Shown one piece after another: positions 50,992 through 60,240 of a stretch of DNA of 64,000 nucleotides. Source of the stretch: Nannocystis pusilla (lineage in GTDB: Bacteria > Myxococcota_A > Polyangia > Nannocystales > Nannocystaceae); NCBI RefSeq assembly GCF_049337375.1, contig NZ_JBMPIV010000015.1. One strand, written 5' to 3'. Every line of letters starts with the position of its first letter. Within the stretch, counting starts at the first letter, position 1. The notes beneath the pieces were generated by a model. It did no database searches, was not told the origin of the DNA, and saw only the letters and a list, made by a program, of their open reading frames with translations. The translations under genes were made by a program, and so were the position numbers.

Positions 50992-52002
50992 ATGGCACGA
51001 GGGCGGCTCAGCGTCGAGGCGTACGCAGCGGGGGTGCAGGCCGGCGATCGGGCGGTGCTGGCGCGGGCGATCACCCTGGTCGAGAGCCAGCGGGCCGACG
51101 ATCAGGTGCTGGCGCGCGAGCTGGTGGCTGCGCTGCAGACGGGCGATTCGCGGGCAGGCGGGGCGCTGCGCGTCGGCATCACCGGCAGCCCGGGGGCCGG
51201 CAAGAGCACGCTGATCGAGGCGCTCGGCCTGCATCTGGTGCGGGACCTCGGCCGGCGCGTCGCCGTGCTCGCGGTCGATCCCAGCTCCGTGCGCAGCGGC
51301 GGCAGCATCCTCGGCGACAAGACCCGCATGCAGGAGCTGGCCCGGGAGCCGCGCGCCTTCATCCGCCCGTCGCCGTCGCTCGGCGAGCTCGGCGGCGTCG
51401 CCCGCCACACCCGCGAGACCGTGCTGCTGTGTGAGGCCGCCGGCTTCGACGTCGTGCTGGTCGAGACCGTCGGCGTCGGCCAGTCGGAGGTGATGGTCGC
51501 GCAGCTCGTCGACTGCTTCCTCGTCCTCATGCTCGCCGGCGCCGGTGACGAGCTGCAGGGCATCAAGCGCGGGATCCTCGAGCTCGCCGACATCCTCGCC
51601 ATCACCAAGGCCGACGGTGACAACCTCGCCGCTGCCGAGCGCGCCCGCGCCGAGTACGCCCTGGCGATGCGCCTCATCCGGCCCAAGCACGCCGGCTGGT
51701 CGGTCCCCGTCGTCACCACCTCTTCCGTCACCGGCGCCGGCCTCGCGGCGCTGTGGCAGACCGTCGAGCGTCACCGCGAGGCCCTCCAGGCCGGCCCCGC
51801 CTGGCAGGCCCAGCGCGAGGCCCAGCACGTGTACTGGTTGTGGCGCGCGATCGAGGCCGAGTTGATGCGTCGCTTCGCCGCCGATCCCGAGGTGCTCGCG
51901 CGCCGGCCCGCGCTCGAGGCGGCCGTCCGCGCCGGGCGGCTCAGCCCCGACCACGCCGCTGCCGAGCTGCTCGCCGCGTTCGCCGGGCCGACGGGGCGGT
52001 AG
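50992..52002 (+). CDS. meaB: MeaB/ArgK-family G-protein (methylmalonyl-CoA mutase-associated GTPase / LAO-AO transport ATPase)
   Basis: P-loop GSPGAGKST. Switch region VDPSSVRSGGSILGDKTRM. NKxD-like ITKADG. C-terminal dimerisation helix. Confidence 0.85.
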   Translation: MARGRLSVEAYAAGVQAGDRAVLARAITLVESQRADDQVLARELVAALQTGDSRAGGALRVGITGSPGAGKSTLIEALGLHLVRDLGRRVAVLAVDPSSVRSGGSILGDKTRMQELAREPRAFIRPSPSLGELGGVARHTRETVLLCEAAGFDVVLVETVGVGQSEVMVAQLVDCFLVLMLAGAGDELQGIKRGILELADILAITKADGDNLAAAERARAEYALAMRLIRPKHAGWSVPVVTTSSVTGAGLAALWQTVERHREALQAGPAWQAQREAQHVYWLWRAIEAELMRRFAADPEVLARRPALEAAVRAGRLSPDHAAAELLAAFAGPTGR

Positions 52003-52089
52003 GGCAGATCCTCACGCACATCGTCGGTTCGGGGGCGAAGCGTTGCGCGGAGCGAGCGCGGGAATCCGGCCGGTCGCTATGATGCGCCC

Positions 52090-53541
52090 GTGAGCGTCGA
52101 TCCCGACCGGTTGCTCGAGTTGTTCCGCCGTCACCTCCCGCTGCGCGAAGGGTCCGTCGAGCTCGCGTTCGCGTCCGGCTACGACGCGCCCGTGTGGCGC
52201 AACGAGGCGGGCTATCCCGTCGTGGCCCTGCGGCTGACGACCTTCGAGCCGGTCGACGGCGTCATCCCGCTCGACGTCCGCGAGCAGGAGGTTTTCATCG
52301 GCGACGATCGCGAGCACGCACCCGAGCGCTGGCTGGCGTACGTCGAGGGCCACCTGCGGGCGATGCCCGCGATCCTCGCGCACTTCGGCGAACCCGACGC
52401 GATGCTGCCCTGCGACCTGTTCGGCTACGGGGCCGTGCTCGCCGACGAGGCGCTGCAGCGGGCCGACGACTTCGCCGCGGCGCTCCGCGATCCGGTTCGC
52501 CTGGCAGTCATGGACGAGGCCGCGCGCGAGGCCGAGTGGCGCGAGCGCCTCGAGCCGCTCGGTCTCGCCGATCACGTCGACGAGGTGCGGGCCATGGCGC
52601 GCGCGTCGATCCGCCTGCACCTGTCTCGCAGCGACGAGCTCGACGAGGACGATGACGACGATGCCGAGGTCGACGATGGGGAAGGCGACGATGAGGAAGG
52701 CGACGACGGCGACGACGCGGGGGCCGACAAGGACGACGACGACGACGGCGACGACGCGGGGGCCACTCATGAGCCCGGCCAGACGCGCCTGGGCGGTGCT
52801 CCCGACTTGCCGCGCGACCTGCCGTGGCCCGAGGTCGACGGCGTCTTGCTGACCTTCGTCGCCCAGTTCGACCTCGCCGAGCTCGCGGGCCGGCCCGCCG
52901 CGCGCGAGCTGCCCGCGCATGGCCTCCTGAGCTTCTTTTACGCCCCCATCCCGCCCGACGGCGTGCGCGGCCATCCGGTGCGGGTGCTCCATTTCACCGA
53001 CCTCGACGCGCTCGCGCGCCGTCCGGTGCCTCCGGGGGTCGAGCGGCTGAGCGCCTACGACATCGACGTCGCCGACGAGCGGCTGTACCCGTGCGTCGAC
53101 AGCTACTTCTTCTACGAGTCCTTGCTGCCCGAGGCGCGCGTCCTCGCGGTCCATCGTCAGCGTCAGCGGGGCGAGGGGGGCGAGCTCGTCCCGTTCAACC
53201 CGCTCGCGTACTTCATCGCCGAGTCCGGCGAGCTCGACGACCACGAGCGGCCGTACCACCGCCTGCTCGGCCACCCGGCCTCGATCCAGGGCGATCCGTA
53301 CCTCGACGTCGAGATCGACACTCGCCCCCAGGGCTGGGACGGGTGGGACGACGGCAGCCCGGAGGCGCTGGCGATCCGCCGGCGAGCGCTGCGCTGGCGG
53401 TTGCTGCTGCAGATCGACGCCACGGAGCGGGACGAGCTGCTGCTCAACCAGGACGGCGGCTTCTTCTACTTTTGGATCCCCGCCGACGCCCTGGCCGTCC
53501 ACGACTGGTCGCAGGCGCGCGGGGCGCTGCAGTGCCACTGA
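52090..53541 (+). CDS. DUF1963 (YwqG-like) domain protein with internal poly-acidic insert
   Basis: C-terminal HRLLGHPASIQGDP...GGFFYFWIPADAL matches the DUF1963 signature. An Asp/Glu/Gly-rich run lies at about 52640-52800. Confidence 0.75.
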   Translation: MSVDPDRLLELFRRHLPLREGSVELAFASGYDAPVWRNEAGYPVVALRLTTFEPVDGVIPLDVREQEVFIGDDREHAPERWLAYVEGHLRAMPAILAHFGEPDAMLPCDLFGYGAVLADEALQRADDFAAALRDPVRLAVMDEAAREAEWRERLEPLGLADHVDEVRAMARASIRLHLSRSDELDEDDDDDAEVDDGEGDDEEGDDGDDAGADKDDDDDGDDAGATHEPGQTRLGGAPDLPRDLPWPEVDGVLLTFVAQFDLAELAGRPAARELPAHGLLSFFYAPIPPDGVRGHPVRVLHFTDLDALARRPVPPGVERLSAYDIDVADERLYPCVDSYFFYESLLPEARVLAVHRQRQRGEGGELVPFNPLAYFIAESGELDDHERPYHRLLGHPASIQGDPYLDVEIDTRPQGWDGWDDGSPEALAIRRRALRWRLLLQIDATERDELLLNQDGGFFYFWIPADALAVHDWSQARGALQCH

Positions 53542-53600
53542 AGCGCATGTCCTGGAGAGCATGTCCGCGGGGACATGCTCTCCGGAGCATGGCCTCGAGA
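53538..53600. repeat. REP-like palindrome cluster between convergent genes
   Basis: cgcatgtcctggagagcatgtccgcggggacatgctctccggagcatggcctcgagagcatgctc. Lies between the DUF1963 stop (53541) and the MATE stop (53611). Confidence 0.8.
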
Positions 53601-53610
53601 GCATGCTCGA

Positions 53611-55026
53611 TCAGCCGGTCGCGCCGCGGCCGGTGATGTCGATGCGGCGCCAGGCGCCGGTGCGGAAGCGGAGCGCCATCGCCAGGGCCAGGAACACCAT
53701 GTACACGCACATGCTCCACATCGCCGCGGTCGCGCCGCCGTCCCAGACGAACACGGTCAGCCAGGCCAGGGGCAGCCAGATCACCCAGGCGAGCGCGATC
53801 CGGAGGATCAGCGGCCAGGCGGTGTCGCCGGCGGCGCGCAGCGCCTCGCTGAAGGTGATCACCGAGGCGTCGAGCAGCTGCCACACGGCGCTGATCGCCA
53901 GCAGCTGGGCGCCGAGGTGCACGACCTCGCTGGACGTCTCGAGCTCGTCGCGGGCGAAGATCGTCATCAGCGGCACCGGGATCGCGAAGTAGAGCAGCCC
54001 GACCAGGCCTTGCCACGCGGCGGCGACCGAGAAGGTGCGCGCCACGATCCGCGGCACGTGGTCGTGGCGGCCGGCGCCGATCGCCTGGCCGACCAGGACC
54101 GCGCCGGCCGAGCCGAGGCCGAAGGCGGGCATGAACGAGACCGAGTTGACGGCCACCACGGCCATCAGCGCCGCGACCGCGACGGTCCCGAGCTCGGCGA
54201 CCACGAGGTTGATGAAGATCAGGAAGGCCGCGAACTCGAGGAACCAGTTGAGGCCGTTCGGCAGGCCGAACCGCATCATCCGCGAGAACTCGCGCAGGTT
54301 GAGGCGGCCGTCCGAGCTGTCCGGAAGGTCAGGTACCGGGTGCTCGACGTGGCCGAGCGCCGCCGGGTCGATGGCCCGCCGGTCGCGCGCGCGCCAGAAG
54401 GCGTGGCAGCACACCGCGAAGCCGGCGACGCTGGCGAACACGCTGGCCCACGCGGCCCCCTGGACGCCGAGCGCGGGGGCGCCGAGGTTGCCGTAGATCA
54501 GGACCCAGTTGAGGCCGATGTTGACGACCATGGCGACCAGGCTGGCGCGCATCGACACCTGGGTGTCGCCGAGGCCGGCGAACCAGTTGCCGAGCGCCTC
54601 GGTGCCGACGACCACGCCGGTGCTGAGCATGCGGATCGCCATGTACTCGGCCATCACCTCGCGCACCGCCGGCTCGTGGCCGGTGAGCGACAGCAGCGGG
54701 CCTATCGCCGGGATGGCGGCGATGGTGGCGAGCATCGCCAGGGCGGACAGGCACAGGCCGTACCAGGCGTAGCGGCGCGCGCTGGCGAGGTCGCCCCGAC
54801 CGGCGAGCTGGGCCGCGTAGCTCTGGACGATGAACGTGATGCCCATCGGCAGCACGAGGATCCCCAGCGCGTTCATGGCGCCCGTGGTCGCGGCCGCGAG
54901 CGCGTCGTCGCCGAGCGGGGCGACCATGGCCGCGTCGCTGAAGCTGATCACCGACTGCGCCGAGCGTGCGAGCACGATCGGCCAGGCGAGGGTGATGAGC
55001 GCGCGGAGTCCGGGGACCGAGGCCAT
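53611..55026 (-). CDS. MATE-family multidrug/efflux transporter
   Basis: ATG 55026 (MASVPGLRALITLAWP). 12 TM helices and MATE repeats. The upstream in-frame region (to 55971) is Arg-rich and was rejected. Confidence 0.85.
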   Translation of the reverse strand: MASVPGLRALITLAWPIVLARSAQSVISFSDAAMVAPLGDDALAAATTGAMNALGILVLPMGITFIVQSYAAQLAGRGDLASARRYAWYGLCLSALAMLATIAAIPAIGPLLSLTGHEPAVREVMAEYMAIRMLSTGVVVGTEALGNWFAGLGDTQVSMRASLVAMVVNIGLNWVLIYGNLGAPALGVQGAAWASVFASVAGFAVCCHAFWRARDRRAIDPAALGHVEHPVPDLPDSSDGRLNLREFSRMMRFGLPNGLNWFLEFAAFLIFINLVVAELGTVAVAALMAVVAVNSVSFMPAFGLGSAGAVLVGQAIGAGRHDHVPRIVARTFSVAAAWQGLVGLLYFAIPVPLMTIFARDELETSSEVVHLGAQLLAISAVWQLLDASVITFSEALRAAGDTAWPLILRIALAWVIWLPLAWLTVFVWDGGATAAMWSMCVYMVFLALAMALRFRTGAWRRIDITGRGATG

Positions 55027-55070
55027 GGGCGCGGGAGGATACTCGCCCTTCGCCCGCGACGTCTCGCGCG

Positions 55071-56660
55071 TCAAGGCGCGCGCGTGAACTGTGCAGCCGC
55101 CGGATCGACGAGGCTGTCGACGCTCACGCGGCCGTTGCTGGCGAGGTGACGCAGCACCTGCCACACCGCCACCGGGTCGGCGCCGAGCGATTCGGCGAGC
55201 TCGCGCGCGGTCTTGCCTCCAGAGCCGCCCGTCAGCGCGGCGAGCACCGCGGCCTGCAGCGTGAGCACGCTCTTCGCCGCCTGCTTGCCGGCCTCGACGC
55301 CGGGCTGGTGGTAGGCGTTGACGTCGATGAGCTCGGCGTAGATCCCCACCGCGCGCTCGAACAGCGCGATCAAGGCGCCGACGGCGGCGGCGTCGACCTG
55401 GCGCAGGACGATCGTCGCGCTGGCCCGACCGCGCTCGGCGAGCGCGGCGCGGGTGCCCTGATAGAAGCCGTCGAGGCAGTCGCCCGAGCTCACCTGCGGC
55501 TCGACCTCGACCATGCCCGGGCCCGTGACCTGACCGTCGAGGTCGCGGAGCACCCGCACGAACACCGCGAAGAAGTTGTGCAGGCCGTCGCGCAGCTGCT
55601 GCACGTAGGCGTGCTGGTCGGTCGAGCCCTTGTTGCCGTAGACCGCGAGCCCCTGCCACACCTCGCGGCCCTGGCGGTCGAGCCGCTTGCCGAGCGACTC
55701 CATCACCAGCTGCTGCAGGTAGCGCGACAGCAGCGACAGGCGATCCTTGTATGGCAAAATGACCATGTCCCGAAGGCCATGTCCGGAGCCCTGCTGGTGC
55801 CACAACCAGGCGAGCAGGGCGGCCGGGTTGCGCCGCGCCGGCCGCACGCGGCCCCACTGGTCCATCGCCGCGGCGCCGCGCAGGAGGCCGCGCCAGTCGT
55901 GCCCGAGCAGCGCCGCCGGCAGCAGCCCGACCGGCGAGAGCACGCTGGTGCGCCCGCCGACCCAGTCCCACATCGGGAAGCGCGCCAGCCAGCCCTCGCG
56001 CTGCGCCAGTTCATCGAGCGCGCTGCCCGCGAGGGTGATGGCGATCGCCCGCTTGGGGAACTCGATCGCCTGCCGGGCGCAGGCGGCCCGCAGCTCGAGC
56101 ATGCCGTTGCGCGTCTCGACGGTGGAGCCCGACTTGGAGACGACGAGGAGCAAGGTCTGCGCGAGCGTACCTGTCTCTGCGAGCAGGTCGGCGATGCCGG
56201 CCGGGTCGGTGTTGTCGAGGACGCGCAGGCTGAAGCCGGGGCCGCTGTCGCGCGCGGTCAGGGCGGCCTCGAGCAGCTGCGGGCCGAGAGCGCTGCCGCC
56301 GATCCCGACGAGGATGGCGCCGGTGAACGGCCGACCGTCGTCGGCGAGGATCTGGCCGCCGCGCACGCCGTCGGCGAAGGCCTCGATCTGCCGCCAGCTG
56401 TCGTGGATGGCCTGGGCGATCGCGGGATCGGGGGCGCGCTCCGGGTCGCGCAACCAGTAGTGCCCGACCATGCGGCCCTCGTCGGCGTTGGCGACGGCGC
56501 CGCCCTCGATGCGGTGGAGGGCGTCCAGCGCAGCCTCGAGCCGCGGGGCGTTGGCGGTCAGCGCGGGCTCGTCGAGCTGGGCGTCGGCGAAGTCGAGCTC
56601 GATGTCGAGTTCGGCACGGTAAAGGCGCCAGGTGAGATAGTGGTCGAGTGCGTCGGCCAT
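55071..56660 (-). CDS. pgi: Glucose-6-phosphate isomerase
   Basis: ATG 56660 (MADALDHYLTW). PGI signatures: ILVGIGGSALGPQ, SKSGSTVET, the GGRTSVLSPVG-like motif (WVGGRTSVLSPVGLLP), and a C-terminal catalytic region. Confidence 0.9.
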   Translation of the reverse strand: MADALDHYLTWRLYRAELDIELDFADAQLDEPALTANAPRLEAALDALHRIEGGAVANADEGRMVGHYWLRDPERAPDPAIAQAIHDSWRQIEAFADGVRGGQILADDGRPFTGAILVGIGGSALGPQLLEAALTARDSGPGFSLRVLDNTDPAGIADLLAETGTLAQTLLLVVSKSGSTVETRNGMLELRAACARQAIEFPKRAIAITLAGSALDELAQREGWLARFPMWDWVGGRTSVLSPVGLLPAALLGHDWRGLLRGAAAMDQWGRVRPARRNPAALLAWLWHQQGSGHGLRDMVILPYKDRLSLLSRYLQQLVMESLGKRLDRQGREVWQGLAVYGNKGSTDQHAYVQQLRDGLHNFFAVFVRVLRDLDGQVTGPGMVEVEPQVSSGDCLDGFYQGTRAALAERGRASATIVLRQVDAAAVGALIALFERAVGIYAELIDVNAYHQPGVEAGKQAAKSVLTLQAAVLAALTGGSGGKTARELAESLGADPVAVWQVLRHLASNGRVSVDSLVDPAAAQFTRAP

Positions 56661-57134
56661 GTCGGCGCGCTTTATAGCAGCGTCGGCGCTCGCGGGGGGC
56701 CTGGGGACGCCAGGCCTCGGGCGGGCGGCCTTGCTTCGGAGGTTCGTTGCGGTTGCTGCGGGGTCTCGAGGGCTGGTTCGCGAACTGCCGAGGCCGCCTC
56801 GCGGGCGGTGGGGGACGCGGGCCGGCGCCCAGTCCTCGCCGATGCACCCTCCTTCGTCGGGCGCGTCTCGCTGCGGATGGGCGCCGGCCCGCGTCCCCGA
56901 CCGCTGCACGGCCTGCCTCGTGCGTGGCCCGAGCGCCGGTCGTCGGCTCCGGTGTCGGGAGGGCGCGAAGCGGGGAGGGCTCTCCGAGCGATGGACGGCC
57001 GGGGCCGGCCGCCCATCGCTCGGACCTCCTGGAGAGCTATCCGGCGCTCGTCGGTGCGCGGCGACGGGCGGCGCGGCGAACGTCTCGGGGCGGGCGAGGG
57101 CGGCGCGAGCGAAGGGCCGGCGGGAGGGCTGGGG

Positions 57135-57225
57135 AAACTACAGGACATGTCCTTCACGGCATGTTTTTGGGGACATGATGAAAAAGACATGGCGAAATGG
57201 GCATGTCCTTGCGGGCATACCCTCT
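57135..57225. repeat. REP-like palindrome cluster downstream of the UGPase gene
   Basis: caggacatgtccttcacggcatgtttttggggacatgatgaaaaagacatggcgaaatgggcatgtccttgcgggcatac. Confidence 0.75.
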
Positions 57226-57289
57226 CTGCGTGGGTGCTGCTCGGCTGGGCCGAGGATGAGGCCGGGTGCGCGCGGCCCTGGGCGGGGGC

Positions 57290-58414
57290 TCAGCCGGGAT
57301 CGAGGCCGACGCTGCGGACGATCTCGGTCATCGCGGGGCGGGCGGCGGCGAGGTCGTCGCGGGTCTTGATCGGGAGGAAGCGGGCGCGGTCGACCCGCAG
57401 GCAGGCGGTCCGGGCGAACTCGGTGATCTGGCCGATGAGCTGTTCGAACTGGATGACGGGCAGGTCGTCGCGGCCGGGCCACTCGACGGAGCGCTGGACG
57501 GGGAACCAGGTGAGCGGGTAGGGGCGCTCGAGGGCGGCCAGGGAGATCCACAGGGTGTTGGTGTTGAAGTGCGGGTACTGGGCCAGGGAGACGCCGGGGG
57601 GCAGGCGGAAGGACTCGATGATGGTGGCGCGGCCGTCGACCTCGGCGACGCAGCCGCCGGCGTCGTCGGGGGCGCGCGCGACGACCTCGACGCTGAGCTC
57701 GGCGCCGGCGTCGACTGCGTCGAGGTGGGCGCCGAGGACGGTGGGATCGAGGGAGGCGCCGAGGTTGTCGACGTTGGAGACGAGGAGGTGCTCGACGCCG
57801 CTGCGGCGCAGCTCGGCGACGACGCCGCTGTCGCGCACGCGCCGGAGGGTGTCGCCGTGGCCGGGCGCGGCGTAGACGGTGGTGTCGGGCAACCCGTCGG
57901 CACCGGGCAGGCTGACGAGCGGGGTGCCGTCCGGCAAGACGCGCGGCATCAAGGACTGCAAGAACTCGTGGCGGTCGTCGGCAGGGACGCCGGACCACCC
58001 GATGGTGGCGAGGTGATCGCCCGAGGCGGCCGCGGTGGCGAAGCTGTGCATGACGACGGCCGGGACGCCGGCCGCACGGACGCCGGCGAGCTTGACGGCC
58101 AGGAACGAGAGGTCAGGTCGATCGGGCAAGACGGGGACGACGCCCTTGACGACGCCGCCGAAGCGCGTGGCCATGCCGCCGTTCAAGATCAAGGCGGCGA
58201 CCTTGCGCGCGGCGAGGGCGTCCTGACCGCGCGCGCGCCAGCGGGGCCGGGCGTCGGCGCGGCCGAGGTCGAGCAGGACGTCGTCGCCGAGCGGCCGCGG
58301 CGGGGCGGTCAGCCGGGCGCGAGTAGGGCTGAGCTCGCCGCGGGCGAGGGCGCTGCGGAGCTCGTCGAAGAGGGCGGCGTCGAAGGCGATGTCGGCGACC
58401 GAAGGGCGGAGCAT
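57290..58414 (-). CDS. UTP--glucose-1-phosphate uridylyltransferase (UDPGP family)
   Basis: LNGGMATRFGG nucleotide-binding loop. VSNVDNLGA motif. Left-handed beta-helix C-terminus. Confidence 0.8.
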   Translation of the reverse strand: MLRPSVADIAFDAALFDELRSALARGELSPTRARLTAPPRPLGDDVLLDLGRADARPRWRARGQDALAARKVAALILNGGMATRFGGVVKGVVPVLPDRPDLSFLAVKLAGVRAAGVPAVVMHSFATAAASGDHLATIGWSGVPADDRHEFLQSLMPRVLPDGTPLVSLPGADGLPDTTVYAAPGHGDTLRRVRDSGVVAELRRSGVEHLLVSNVDNLGASLDPTVLGAHLDAVDAGAELSVEVVARAPDDAGGCVAEVDGRATIIESFRLPPGVSLAQYPHFNTNTLWISLAALERPYPLTWFPVQRSVEWPGRDDLPVIQFEQLIGQITEFARTACLRVDRARFLPIKTRDDLAAARPAMTEIVRSVGLDPG

Positions 58415-58715
58415 GACGCGCTGGTCTTACTCCACGTCGGCCGCGCGGTCGAACCCGAGGGCCCGAAGACCCGGCGAAAGCGCCCGCGGGTGACGGGCGG
58501 ACGACATGCTCGCGACGCCCCGCCGACGCACGCCGTCGACTGCGGAATCACCGCGAGAGCGCACCCTCGGGAGCGCCAGGAGCCGGTGCCCTGGCGACGC
58601 GGCGAGCGAGGTCCGAGCCGCCTGGTCGCACCGGACCTCGCCGCCCGGAACAACCCTCGTCGTGGACGCCGTCGTCGCGGACGCCAGCGTCACGCGTCGA
58701 GGCGGACGCGCGGGA

Positions 58716-59810
58716 TCACAGGCGACCGACGGCGCGGGCCCACGCGATGGTGTGCTCGAGCCCTCGCGCGAGCGGCCACTGCGGGGCGTACTCGAGCTCG
58801 CGCACGGCCCGGCTGTCGTCGCACCACCAGCCCGGCGCCATGCTGCCGCGGGCCTTGTCGAGCGTCAGCGCGGGGGCCTTGCCGCGCAGGCGGCCGATCG
58901 CGTGGTTGATGCCGGCGACGGTCCACACCGCGGCCTGCGGCATCGGCAGCGCGATCGCCCGCCGGCCGAGCGCGGCGGCGGCGGCCCGGCCGAACTCGAC
59001 GACGGTGCTGCGCTGGCCGTCGGTCAAGTAGTAGATGCCGGCGCCGGCGGGGTGCGAGATGTCCTCGGGGACATGGTCGAAGGGGCTGCCTTGATCGGCG
59101 AGCACGTGCTCGCCGTCGCGGGGGATCGGGCGACCGCGAGCGCCGGCGCGGGCGATGCCCTCGACGAGATCGAGGGCGTGGATGAAGGACATCCACGCGG
59201 GGCGCAGGCCGGGCTGGGCGATGACCCCGAACTTGGCCGAGCGGATCATCTGCAACATGTCGAGGTCGCGCGGGCCGTAGACCGCGGGCGGACGCACGAT
59301 CACGGCCTCGACGTCGCCGGCGCGCGCGGCCGCGAAGACCAGCCGTTCGCCGTCGAGCTTGCTGTCGCCGTAGAGCGTGTAGCCGACGCGCGGGGCGTGG
59401 TGCTCGCGCCGCGCGACCTCCGGGTGCGAGGGGCCGGCGGCCATCAGCGACGACACGTAGACCAGCCGCCGCGGCCGTCGCGGGGCCTGGCGGATCGCCG
59501 CGAGCACGTTCGCCACGCCGGCCGCGTTGGCCCGCGCGAACTCGTCGCGCGTGAACGCGGCGGTCAGGCCGGCCACGTGATAGACGGTGTCGACGCCGTC
59601 GAACGCGGTCGCCATCGCGTCGACGTCGGACAGCGACGCGCGCACGAGCTCGGGCTGCGCGTCGGTCCGCGCGAGCGCGTCGGCGAGGTTGTCGAGGTTG
59701 GCGCTGGCGCGGACCATCGCCCGCACCGCGTCGCCGCCCGCGAGCAGACGATCGACGAGGTGACTGCCGATGAACCCGTTCGCGCCGGTGACGAGGACCT
59801 TCGTGCGCAC
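58716..59810 (-). CDS. NAD-dependent epimerase/dehydratase (3-beta-HSD/UDP-sugar epimerase family)
   Basis: VLVTGANGFIGSHLVDRL Rossmann motif. YxxxK (YGDSK). GTG start. Confidence 0.85.
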   Translation of the reverse strand: MRTKVLVTGANGFIGSHLVDRLLAGGDAVRAMVRASANLDNLADALARTDAQPELVRASLSDVDAMATAFDGVDTVYHVAGLTAAFTRDEFARANAAGVANVLAAIRQAPRRPRRLVYVSSLMAAGPSHPEVARREHHAPRVGYTLYGDSKLDGERLVFAAARAGDVEAVIVRPPAVYGPRDLDMLQMIRSAKFGVIAQPGLRPAWMSFIHALDLVEGIARAGARGRPIPRDGEHVLADQGSPFDHVPEDISHPAGAGIYYLTDGQRSTVVEFGRAAAAALGRRAIALPMPQAAVWTVAGINHAIGRLRGKAPALTLDKARGSMAPGWWCDDSRAVRELEYAPQWPLARGLEHTIAWARAVGRL

Positions 59811-60129
59811 GAAGCGGGGGATTACCTACCGCGACGCGTCGACGTCAAGGCTGTGACACAGGACCCGAGAGCTTCACCACGCGCCGCTTCGATCGCGGTC
59901 TCCTGTCCGCAGCATGCGTGACATACAGCCAGTGTGCGACGCATTTCGCAGTCCACACGCGAGCGCGAGCGCGACTCGGCCGTCGAGTTCGCTGCGGGGC
60001 GTGGAGATTGTTGCACTCGAGATTAACTACCAGCGGCCGATGCAGCCGCATGCGGCCGTATCGAGGCGCATCATTTTATGCATCGGTTTAAATAGTTCGC
60101 CGATAAGGCCAGCGCGTCGCAATCTGCAA

Positions 60130-60164
60130 CACGTGCAGCGAGGCGACAGCGCGCGCTGCACGTG
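60130..60164. promoter_or_regulatory. Perfect 11-bp inverted repeat CACGTGCAGCG-N13-CGCTGCACGTG in an AT-enriched promoter region: candidate operator of the lipid-synthesis operon
   Basis: Read directly from the sequence. Lies about 80-110 bp upstream of the alpha-oxoamine synthase start, inside the least GC-rich stretch of the window (tttaaatag, aaaatttcc). Confidence 0.45.
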
Positions 60165-60240
60165 GATCCGCATGCGCTGAGGAACAAAATTTCCGTGACA
60201 GCCGCGATACTTTCGCTGTAACTACGCCCCGGGCCCCGAC

